The notes under the pieces: model-generated
Databases searched by the model: none
What the model was told of the DNA's origin: nothing
What the model saw: the letters and a program-made list of their open reading frames with translations, nothing else
From: Steroidobacteraceae bacterium
GTDB taxonomy: Bacteria; Pseudomonadota; Gammaproteobacteria; Steroidobacterales; Steroidobacteraceae
Reading direction: 5' to 3'
Length of the DNA: 64,000 bases
NCBI GenBank assembly: GCA_035263105.1
Contig: DATFRO010000021.1
Coordinates: forward strand, 41,254-105,253
Program-made: the position numbers and the translations under genes
Part shown: in pieces, positions 48,380 to 55,865 of the stretch
How the letters are laid out: each line of letters opens with the position of its first letter
Position numbering within the stretch: position 1 is the first letter of the stretch

Positions 48380-49750
48380 GTGAGCAGGGGTGCCATCGAG
48401 ATCAACGACGCCGGCGTGCTCGTCGCCGTCGATGGTGTCGTGCGGCAATCGAGTCCCGGCTACGCGTTGCTCGATCGCGAGCCCACCGTGGTGGGCGAAC
48501 CGGCGCTGCACGCCGCGCGCATCGAGCCGCTCAACATCAACAATCGCTTCTGGAACGAGCTCGACGAGCGGCCGCTCCTGGTGCGCGCCGCCGCCGGACG
48601 CTCGCATGCGGATCTCGCGTACCTGCACCTCGCGCACATCTGGCGCGACCTTGCCGAGCCGCCGCAGGCCGTGCGCTTCGCGGTGCCGGCGACGTTGCGC
48701 CCGCAACAGCTGGCGCTCCTCCTCGGGATCGCGCGGGAAGCGCGTGTGCCGGTGGCCGGGTTCGTCGACACGGCCGTCGCGCTGGCCAGCACTGCGCCCG
48801 ATAGCGGCCGGCTGCTCTACGTCGATGTCCATTTGCACCACACGGTGATCACCGCAGTCGCCGTCGGCGAGCGCGCACGCCGTGAGCGCTCCGAGCTCGC
48901 GCGCAATGCGGGCTGGCTCGCATTCACCGACACGTGGTTGAGCATGGTCGGCCGCGAGTTCGTGGCGCGCACCCGCTTCGATCCGCTGCATCGCGCCGCC
49001 GTCGAGCAGCAGTTGTTCGACGCGTTGCCCGGCTGGCTCGAGCAGCTGCAGACGAGCGATGCGATCGAGATCGAGCTGCCGTTCGAGGGCGAGACGCATT
49101 CGGTGCGGCTCACGCGCGAGCAATTCGCGCTCGAGGCCGACGGTCTCTACACGGAGCTCCTGATGCGCGTGCATCGGCTGCGCACGCCGGGCCACGCGAC
49201 CACCATCGTGCTCGGCGACCGCGCCGCACTGTTGCCCGGGCTCGCGCAACGCTTTGCCGAATTCAACGACTGCAACGTGGTGCGCAGCTCCCCGGGCGCC
49301 GCCGTGATTGCCGCCGCCGCGCTCGACGGCGAGGCGACGGGCGATGACACCGTGCAACTGCTATGCGCGACGCCGCGTCTCGATGCGGGGATCACGCGCC
49401 TGCCGTGGAAGAGCCTGCAGGATGCGCGCCCGGCGGATGTCGTGGCCGCGCCTTCGCACCTTTTGTATCGGGGGCAGGCCGTGGCACTCGGTCCCGAACC
49501 GTTGCACATCGGTCTCGCCCCGCCGCGCGATCGCGGCCCGGCGCTCAGCGTGGTCGGCGCCGCGGCCGGTGTGTCACGCCTGCATTGTTCGGTGTTGCGC
49601 CTGCCGAGCGGCGCCGTGGTCGTCGATCACAGCCGCTACGGCACCTGGCTCAACGACGAGCGGGTCTTCGGCCGCGCGACGCTGCGCGCCGGCGATCGCC
49701 TGCGGCTCGGCCGCCCGGGCGTGACACTCGAGCTGATCACTTCGGGCTGA
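48380..49750 (+). CDS. degenerate Hsp70/actin-like (ASKHA) domain protein with C-terminal FHA domain
   Basis: The ordered motif analogues are AIEINDAG (phosphate 1), FAVPA, GFVDTAVALAS (compare IINEPTAAA), LLYVDVHLHHTVITAV (compare DLGGGTFDV), IVLGDRAALLPGL (compare LVGGSTRIP) and PGAAVIAAAAL. The FHA is GVSRLHCSV ... DHSRYGTWLNDERV ... LRAGDRLRLG. A GTG start is proposed (uncertain). Confidence 0.65.
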   Translation: MSRGAIEINDAGVLVAVDGVVRQSSPGYALLDREPTVVGEPALHAARIEPLNINNRFWNELDERPLLVRAAAGRSHADLAYLHLAHIWRDLAEPPQAVRFAVPATLRPQQLALLLGIAREARVPVAGFVDTAVALASTAPDSGRLLYVDVHLHHTVITAVAVGERARRERSELARNAGWLAFTDTWLSMVGREFVARTRFDPLHRAAVEQQLFDALPGWLEQLQTSDAIEIELPFEGETHSVRLTREQFALEADGLYTELLMRVHRLRTPGHATTIVLGDRAALLPGLAQRFAEFNDCNVVRSSPGAAVIAAAALDGEATGDDTVQLLCATPRLDAGITRLPWKSLQDARPADVVAAPSHLLYRGQAVALGPEPLHIGLAPPRDRGPALSVVGAAAGVSRLHCSVLRLPSGAVVVDHSRYGTWLNDERVFGRATLRAGDRLRLGRPGVTLELITSG

Positions 49751-49753
49751 GCC

Positions 49754-50854
49754 ATGCCGCGCAATCGCCGCCACACCGAAGTGTTCACGATGTCGTTCCT
49801 CGACTGCATCTGCTGCGGTTTCGGCGCGGTCGTGCTCGTGTACGTGATCATCAGCGCGACTGCGGGCGTCACCCGCGTGCACCAGGACGACGACCTCAAG
49901 GGCGAGGTCAACAAGCTCGAGGAGCAGGTGCTCGAGGGCTACAAGAACCTGGTCGTGTTGCGCAACACGACGCAGGTGACCACCAGCCAGTCGAGCAAGG
50001 CCTCCGGGCGCATCGCGCAGATCCTCGAGGAGCTGGAGAAGACGCGCGTCGAGCTCTCGACCTACACCGGCGACACGCTCTCGAAGCAGGAGCACATCAA
50101 CCAGCTCAAGTCCGACATCCGCGCGCTGGAAGAGGGCAACCGGCGCCTGGAAGCGGGCTCGAAGGACGTCGCCGAAGCCGGGCAGAACGTGCGCGCCTTC
50201 AAAGGCACCGGCAACCGGCAATACCTCACCGGCATCACGGTCACCGGCAAGCACGTGCTCATCCTCATCGACATGTCGGCGAGCATGCTCGATGAGACGC
50301 TGGTCAACATCCTGCGCATGCGCAACCTCCCGGACATCCAGAAGATGCTCGCGCCGAAGTGGCAGCGCGCGGTCTCGACCGTCGACTGGCTGACGACGCA
50401 GATTCCGCCCGACAGCGAATTCCAGGTGTACGCGTTCAACACCGAAGCGCACTCGATGATCGAGGGGAGCGACGGCAAGTGGCTCAAGGCGACCGACCCG
50501 CGTCCGCTCAACGCCGCGGTGGCAAAGCTCAGGCACACGCCGCCGCACGACGGCACGAGTCTCATCAATGCGTTCAACGCCGCAAAGACGCTCGATCCAC
50601 TGCCCGACCAGATCCTGCTGATCACCGATGGGCTCCCGACGCAGGGCGCGACCGCGCCCGCGATCCGCAAGGCGGTGGAAGTCGAGCAGCGCGCGAAGCT
50701 CTTCGATCAGTCGCTGGGGGCGCTGCCGCCGCACGTGCCCGTGAGCACCATCCTGATGCCGATGGAAGGCGATCTGCCGGCGCCCGCGCGCTTCTGGCGC
50801 CTGGCGCGTGAGACCGGCGGTGTCTTCATGATGCCGGCGAAGGACTGGCCATGA
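49754..50854 (+). CDS. ExbD/TolR-like N-terminal TM (with Asp) - coiled coil - vWA domain protein, paralog 1
   Basis: N-terminus MPRNRRHTEVFTMSFLDCICCGFGAVVLVYVI (compare TolR EINIVPLLDVLLVLLLIF), about 110 aa of coiled coil, and a vWA with MIDAS DMSAS ... GTS ... ITDG. Confidence 0.75.
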   Translation: MPRNRRHTEVFTMSFLDCICCGFGAVVLVYVIISATAGVTRVHQDDDLKGEVNKLEEQVLEGYKNLVVLRNTTQVTTSQSSKASGRIAQILEELEKTRVELSTYTGDTLSKQEHINQLKSDIRALEEGNRRLEAGSKDVAEAGQNVRAFKGTGNRQYLTGITVTGKHVLILIDMSASMLDETLVNILRMRNLPDIQKMLAPKWQRAVSTVDWLTTQIPPDSEFQVYAFNTEAHSMIEGSDGKWLKATDPRPLNAAVAKLRHTPPHDGTSLINAFNAAKTLDPLPDQILLITDGLPTQGATAPAIRKAVEVEQRAKLFDQSLGALPPHVPVSTILMPMEGDLPAPARFWRLARETGGVFMMPAKDWP

Positions 50855-51834
50855 AGCTCAAGCGCCACACCACCGAAGTCTTCAGCATGTCGTTCCTCGA
50901 CTGCATCTGCTGCGGCTTCGGCGCGATGATCCTGATCCTGGTGCTCACCGAGACCGGCCAGCCGATCGTGCTGGAGAAAGTGCGCACCGACATGCACGGC
51001 CAGGTGGCGAAGTTGCAAGCCGAGCTCTACGAGATCCGCGGCGAGACCGACATCCTCAACCGCGACCTGAAGGGCCGCATCGAGCAGCTGTCACTCGAGA
51101 AGAGCAAGCTCGCGAAACTGCAGGGCGACCTGAGCACCGTCAAGGGCCAGTACCAGAGCAGCCAGAAGGAATCGGAGATCGAGAATACCGAGGAGGGACA
51201 GCTCGTATCCGCGTACCAAAAGCTGACCGACGAGATGGAACGGCTCCTCAAGGCCGGCTACCACCGCCCGAAGAATTCCGCCATCGGCGGCATCCCCGTC
51301 GACAGTGAGTACATAATCTTCGTGGTCGACACGTCGGGCAGCATGCAAGAGAATCACTGGGACCAGGCGCGCAAGATGATGGAGGAAATCCTCGACATCT
51401 ACCCGCACGTCAAGGGCATCCAGGTGATGGACGACGAAGGCGCTTACATGTTCGATGGCTATCGCGGCCAGTGGATCGCGGACACGCCCGCGCGGCGCAA
51501 GGCGATCATGGACCGCTTCAAGACCTGGACCTCGTTCAGCAACTCGAACCCGGTCGAAGGGTTGCTTGCGGCCGTGCGCACGTTCTGGGCCCCGGACAAG
51601 AAAGTGAGCGTCTATTACTTCGGCGACGACTTCCCCGGCGAGTCGATCCAGGCCGTGCTCGACCAGATCGATCGCGCCAATCACAGCGAGAGCGGCGAGC
51701 GCCGCGTGCGCATTCACGCCATCGGCTTCCCGATGCCGCCGCGCGCGCCGCAATTCGGCAACACGCGCTACAGCGCGCTGATGCGCCAGGTGTGCGAGAG
51801 GAACGGCGGCACCTTCGTCGGCATGGAAAGCTGA
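50851..51834 (+). CDS. ExbD/TolR-like N-terminal TM (with Asp) - coiled coil - vWA domain protein, paralog 2
   Basis: N-terminus MKLKRHTTEVFSMSFLDCICCGFGAMILILVL is nearly identical to paralog 1. A coiled coil follows, then a vWA with MIDAS DTSGS. ATGA overlap with paralog 1. Confidence 0.75.
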   Translation: MKLKRHTTEVFSMSFLDCICCGFGAMILILVLTETGQPIVLEKVRTDMHGQVAKLQAELYEIRGETDILNRDLKGRIEQLSLEKSKLAKLQGDLSTVKGQYQSSQKESEIENTEEGQLVSAYQKLTDEMERLLKAGYHRPKNSAIGGIPVDSEYIIFVVDTSGSMQENHWDQARKMMEEILDIYPHVKGIQVMDDEGAYMFDGYRGQWIADTPARRKAIMDRFKTWTSFSNSNPVEGLLAAVRTFWAPDKKVSVYYFGDDFPGESIQAVLDQIDRANHSESGERRVRIHAIGFPMPPRAPQFGNTRYSALMRQVCERNGGTFVGMES

Positions 51835-52874
51835 TGCACACAAAGAAAGCGTTGGGAGGACTCGCGCTCCTCCTGCTGGTCGCCGCGGGATTCAGCGGCT
51901 GCGGTGGCGTGAACATCGCGACCGAGTCGAACATGCCCACGCCGCTCGTCGACCAGATACCGGTCACGGTCGGGATCTACTACAGCGACGATTTCGCGAA
52001 GGCCACGCACGCCGAGGAACGCTGGGGCACGGACTGGAAGGTCGATCTCGGCCCTTACCACGTGCACATGGCGGACAAGCTCTTTGCCGCGGAATTCCGC
52101 GAGACCGTGGCGGTCACCGACATCAAGTCCTTGCCGCAGGACCCACCGTACAAGGCCATCCTCGAGCCGCGCATCGAGCAGTTCTCCTTCATCACGCCGC
52201 GCGACACCGGCGCGAAGTACTTTGCGGTCACGATCCGCTATCGGCTGAACGTCTATGCGCCGAACGGCACGCTGGCCGATTCGCTGACCTTCACCGGTTA
52301 CGGCAGCAACGGTGCGGGCAGCGGCATGACGAGCACCAAGCCGATGATCGCGGCGACCAAGGCGGCGATGCGCGATGCCGCGGCCAAGTTCCTGGTGCAG
52401 TTCCCCGAGCAGGATGTCGCGAAGCGCCTCATCGCCGGCGAGCCGTTGGTCGAGGCGAAGCAGCAGGTCGCGCTCGGCGGCGCTGCCGGGGCTGGCGCGG
52501 CGGCGGGTGCGAGCGACAGCGTGAAAGTGGATACCGTGCCCATCGTCGATCCGACGCCGGAAACCGCGGCGCCAGGGGCGGTCCCCGGACAACCTGCGCC
52601 GGCGCGAGCGCCGGCGGCGACTACCACGCCGGCCGCAGGCGGCCAGGCGCCGAGCACGGACGCGCCCAAGCCGCCGGCAGAGTCGCAACCGACCACGGAT
52701 CAACCGTCGTCGCCAACGCCGTCCGGCAGTGAAACACCCCCGACGCGGACAACGGGCGGCGAGACACCGACACCGCCATCGGCCGGAGACGCGAAGACGC
52801 CGCCGGGCGCAGACAACAAGACGCCGGCGTCCGGCGGCGACTCACCGCCGCCTTCGACGCAGCCGCCGAATTAG
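51834..52874 (+). CDS. lipoprotein with Pro/Thr/Ala-rich C-terminal tail, last gene of the operon
   Basis: MHTKKALGGLALLLLVAAGFSGC lipobox, a globular part of about 200 aa, then a tail of about 120 aa rich in P/T/A/G. TGATG overlap with the preceding gene. Confidence 0.7.
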   Translation: MHTKKALGGLALLLLVAAGFSGCGGVNIATESNMPTPLVDQIPVTVGIYYSDDFAKATHAEERWGTDWKVDLGPYHVHMADKLFAAEFRETVAVTDIKSLPQDPPYKAILEPRIEQFSFITPRDTGAKYFAVTIRYRLNVYAPNGTLADSLTFTGYGSNGAGSGMTSTKPMIAATKAAMRDAAAKFLVQFPEQDVAKRLIAGEPLVEAKQQVALGGAAGAGAAAGASDSVKVDTVPIVDPTPETAAPGAVPGQPAPARAPAATTTPAAGGQAPSTDAPKPPAESQPTTDQPSSPTPSGSETPPTRTTGGETPTPPSAGDAKTPPGADNKTPASGGDSPPPSTQPPN

Positions 52875-52905
52875 TTCGCTCGCGTTGCTTCAGATCCGCG
52901 GCAGA

Positions 52906-54378
52906 TCAGCTGCGGACGTAAATCGTTTCCTTGTAGCGCACACCGACGGTCTCGACCGGCTCGCCGTTGACGAAGCGCGGCCGATAGCGCGCGCGCTTGA
53001 TGGCGCTCAGCACCGAGTTGCCGGCGGTATCGCTCGAGTCGTGGTCGCCGAGCTTGGCATCGCGCACGCGGCCCTCGGGCGTGACGGTGAACTCGATCTC
53101 GGCGTAGTGCGGCGTGTACTTGTCGGCTGCCTCATGCGGAGGCCGGGTGATCGATGGCGCGCGATAGATGACCGGGTACGGACTGTCGAGCGCCGCGGTT
53201 CCAGGCGCTCCCGGCTCGCTCAACGCCTTCCACGCGTCGCGGTAGGTGTTCATCGCCTGGCGCCACTGGCCCGCGGTGATGCGCCAGTCGCCGAGCTCGA
53301 TCAGCGTCTGCCCGCGCCCCGCGTTGTCCTCGCCCGGGTGCGCATCGTAGATCTTCATCGCGGCTTCGAGCGCGTTCTCGCCATCCGGGTTGAGCACGCT
53401 CGCCGTGCTCACGCCGTTGGCGCTCGCGGGAGTGGACACCGGCCCCGCGACGCCGCCGATGTCACCGGCATTCTCCGGAGAGCCCTCCGGACGCTCCGGC
53501 CCATAGAGGAATTCCATCCGGTAGGTGCGCGCGATGCCGCGCAGCGGACTGATCATCCGCATGTCGGTCTCGCCGCCTTTGCGGGCGATGTCGAGTGCGC
53601 GCGCATGGATCTGCCGCGCGGTCGTGAAGCGGCCTTGCGATTCGAGCCAGCTCGCGGTGCGCTCGAGCGCGGGCAGGATCCGCGGATCGTCCCGGCCGTA
53701 GGTCGTCTCGGCGAGCCGCAGCGCGTACTGTTGCTCGCGTTGCGCATCGTCGTACTGGTTGAGCGCGGAGTAGCCGGCGATCAGCGGGTCGAGGAGCTCG
53801 AGCTGCGCCGGGTTGAAGAGGCCGTCGATCTTGCGGCTCACGTCCACGGCGCGCTTCAACGCGTCGGTGGAGGCGGCATAGTCGCCGCTCGCCGCGTACG
53901 TCATGCCGAGCCCGAAGAGCGGCTGGATGATCTCGTGCGAGAAGCCGCCCTGGTTGGACTCGACGATCTTCACCGCGCGCTTGTAACTGGTTTCCGCGCC
54001 GCTGTAGTCCTTGACGCGCAGTTGCGTGGTGCCGAGATTGATCAGCGGGTTGACGAGTTGCGGGCCGTTCGGCCCGAACTCCTGCTCGGTCTGCTCGATC
54101 AGCTGGCGCGCGGGCACCAGCGCTTCGGCGAAATGCCGGCTGTCGAATTGCTGGCGGAACGCCTTATAGGTCCCGGCCCGATTCGAGCTGGCATCGGGTG
54201 CGGCCGGTGTCTCCTCAGCCGGCGTGGGCGGTGCTTTCGCGTCGGTCTTCTTGTTTTTGTCGGGCTTGGCGGAAGGTGTTGTGGTCGCGGGCGGCGTCGC
54301 TTGCAACGTCGTCGCCTGCGCGAGCGCCACGGCGCCTGAGGCCATCGCGATGAGGATGATGGATCTGAAGGGGATCAC
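52906..54378 (-). CDS. periplasmic TPR-repeat protein with C-terminal TonB_C domain
   Basis: A GTG start at 54378 with a GGAGGA Shine-Dalgarno gives the signal peptide (M)IPFRSIILIAMASGAVALAQA. TPR-like helical repeats follow. The C-terminus is HYAEIEFTVTPEGRVRDAKL ... SVLSAIKRARYRPRFVNGEPVE (TonB_C pattern). Confidence 0.7.
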   Translation of the reverse strand: MIPFRSIILIAMASGAVALAQATTLQATPPATTTPSAKPDKNKKTDAKAPPTPAEETPAAPDASSNRAGTYKAFRQQFDSRHFAEALVPARQLIEQTEQEFGPNGPQLVNPLINLGTTQLRVKDYSGAETSYKRAVKIVESNQGGFSHEIIQPLFGLGMTYAASGDYAASTDALKRAVDVSRKIDGLFNPAQLELLDPLIAGYSALNQYDDAQREQQYALRLAETTYGRDDPRILPALERTASWLESQGRFTTARQIHARALDIARKGGETDMRMISPLRGIARTYRMEFLYGPERPEGSPENAGDIGGVAGPVSTPASANGVSTASVLNPDGENALEAAMKIYDAHPGEDNAGRGQTLIELGDWRITAGQWRQAMNTYRDAWKALSEPGAPGTAALDSPYPVIYRAPSITRPPHEAADKYTPHYAEIEFTVTPEGRVRDAKLGDHDSSDTAGNSVLSAIKRARYRPRFVNGEPVETVGVRYKETIYVRS

Positions 54379-54529
54379 GCGCCGTCCTCCACCGGAACCG
54401 ACCGGGCCCGCGCACGCCATGAAGAACACGCGTCAGTATACCCAGCCTCGGGGACGGGTCGGCACGGCACGGAGATGAACTTGGACATTCAGGTGCAGGA
54501 CGAGTTCGTCCCGGCCAGGGCCGGCTCGG

Positions 54530-55027
54530 TCACCCCGGGTTGTCGAGGTTATTCGGTGCCGGGCCGCGCAGGCGCTGCGCCAGGCGGACGAGGAGCGGCG
54601 AGAGCACCAGGTACAGCAGGTAGATCATCAGCGGACCGAGCACGGCCCAGCCGATCACCGCGTGCAGGATGGCATCGCGCAGGACGCTGAAGGTGTGCGC
54701 GCCGCCGCTGCCGAACACATCGAGGCTGGCGCGCATCGACAACGGCTCGCTGTGCGCATGAACGATGTGCTCGCCGAGGCGCACGAACGGGATGATCAAC
54801 AGCAGTTGCAGCGGCGTCATGGCGAAGTGCACCGTCTGGATGGCGATGAGGTTGAGCCGCCAGAACAGGGCGGCCACCGTGCACAACACCATCGTCGTGC
54901 CCAGCACTGGGAAGATCCCGATGCCGATGCCGAGCGCGAGACTGAGCGCGATCTTGGCCGGCGTGATGCCCTGCATGAGCAGGATCACGAGCGGCGCGAT
55001 CACCCGCCGGTGGATGAATTCCTTCAT
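54530..55027 (-). CDS. DUF2062 membrane protein
   Basis: MKEFIHRRVIAPLVILLMQGITPAKIALSLALGIGIGIFPVLGTT..., the typical DUF2062 N-terminus. The internal Met start is preferred. Confidence 0.75.
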   Translation of the reverse strand: MKEFIHRRVIAPLVILLMQGITPAKIALSLALGIGIGIFPVLGTTMVLCTVAALFWRLNLIAIQTVHFAMTPLQLLLIIPFVRLGEHIVHAHSEPLSMRASLDVFGSGGAHTFSVLRDAILHAVIGWAVLGPLMIYLLYLVLSPLLVRLAQRLRGPAPNNLDNPG

Positions 55028-55103
55028 GGAGTGAGAGACCCGCCCCGAGGCCGCGGAAACGCTGGAGTGCGGGCATTTTCCACTACAATCGGCACCAACA
55101 ACA

Positions 55104-55808
55104 ATGAACCAGCCCAAGCCCCAGGCAGATCCACGGTGGACCGCCCTCGTCGCGGGCGGCAACGGCTTGGTCGGCAGCCGCCTGCTTGAGGCGCTGGCGG
55201 GGACCTGGGAGTGCGCGCGCGCCATCGCCGTCACGCGCCGGCCGCTGGTCTACGATCACCCCAAGGTCGCCAATCGCATCGTGCGCTTCGAAAAACTCGA
55301 GGAGTCGCTCGCCGGCACGCACGCGGACGTCGCCTTCTGCTGCCTCGGCACGACGATCAAGACCGCGGGATCACAGGAGGCCTTCCGCCAGGTCGATTTC
55401 GACTACACGCTGGCCTTCGCGCGCGCGGCGCTCAAGGCCGGCGTCAAACGTTTCGTCCTGAATTCCTCCGTGGGCGCGGACCCGGACGCGAAGACGTTCT
55501 ACCTGCGTGTGAAGGGTGAGACCGAAGCGGCGGTAGCCCAGGTCGGGTTCGCATCGCTCGACATCCTGCAGCCGAGCCTCCTGCTCGGTGTGCGCAGCGA
55601 ACTGCGGCCTGCGGAGCTGGTGATGATGGGTGTGCTGCCGATCTTCAGTCCCCTCATGCTCGGCAAGAGTGAGCAGTTTCGCCCGATTCGCGCGAGCGTG
55701 GTGGCCGCGGCCATGGTCGGCGCCACGCACTCCGGCCGCAAAGGAATCTACCGCTACACCTGGCGGGCCATCCATGAGCTGGCCGCGCGCAAGGCGCCAC
55801 GACGCTAG
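55104..55808 (+). CDS. NAD(P)H-binding (atypical SDR / HTATIP2-like) oxidoreductase
   Basis: Rossmann motif ALVAGGNGLVGSRLLEAL, with size and layout of NAD(P)-binding domain proteins. Confidence 0.7.
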   Translation: MNQPKPQADPRWTALVAGGNGLVGSRLLEALAGTWECARAIAVTRRPLVYDHPKVANRIVRFEKLEESLAGTHADVAFCCLGTTIKTAGSQEAFRQVDFDYTLAFARAALKAGVKRFVLNSSVGADPDAKTFYLRVKGETEAAVAQVGFASLDILQPSLLLGVRSELRPAELVMMGVLPIFSPLMLGKSEQFRPIRASVVAAAMVGATHSGRKGIYRYTWRAIHELAARKAPRR

Positions 55809-55865
55809 CGCTCTGCGCCCAGCGCTCGCGGGTCGGTAAGGCTCAGGGATTCTCGCAGGCGCGCG

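Noticed and set aside
54481-54496. Weak sigma54-like element TGGACA-TTCAG-GTGCA on the plus strand
   Set aside because: It keeps only the GG and GC dinucleotides and has poor flanks. No plus-strand gene lies downstream, since the next gene (DUF2062) is on the minus strand. It is compatible with chance.
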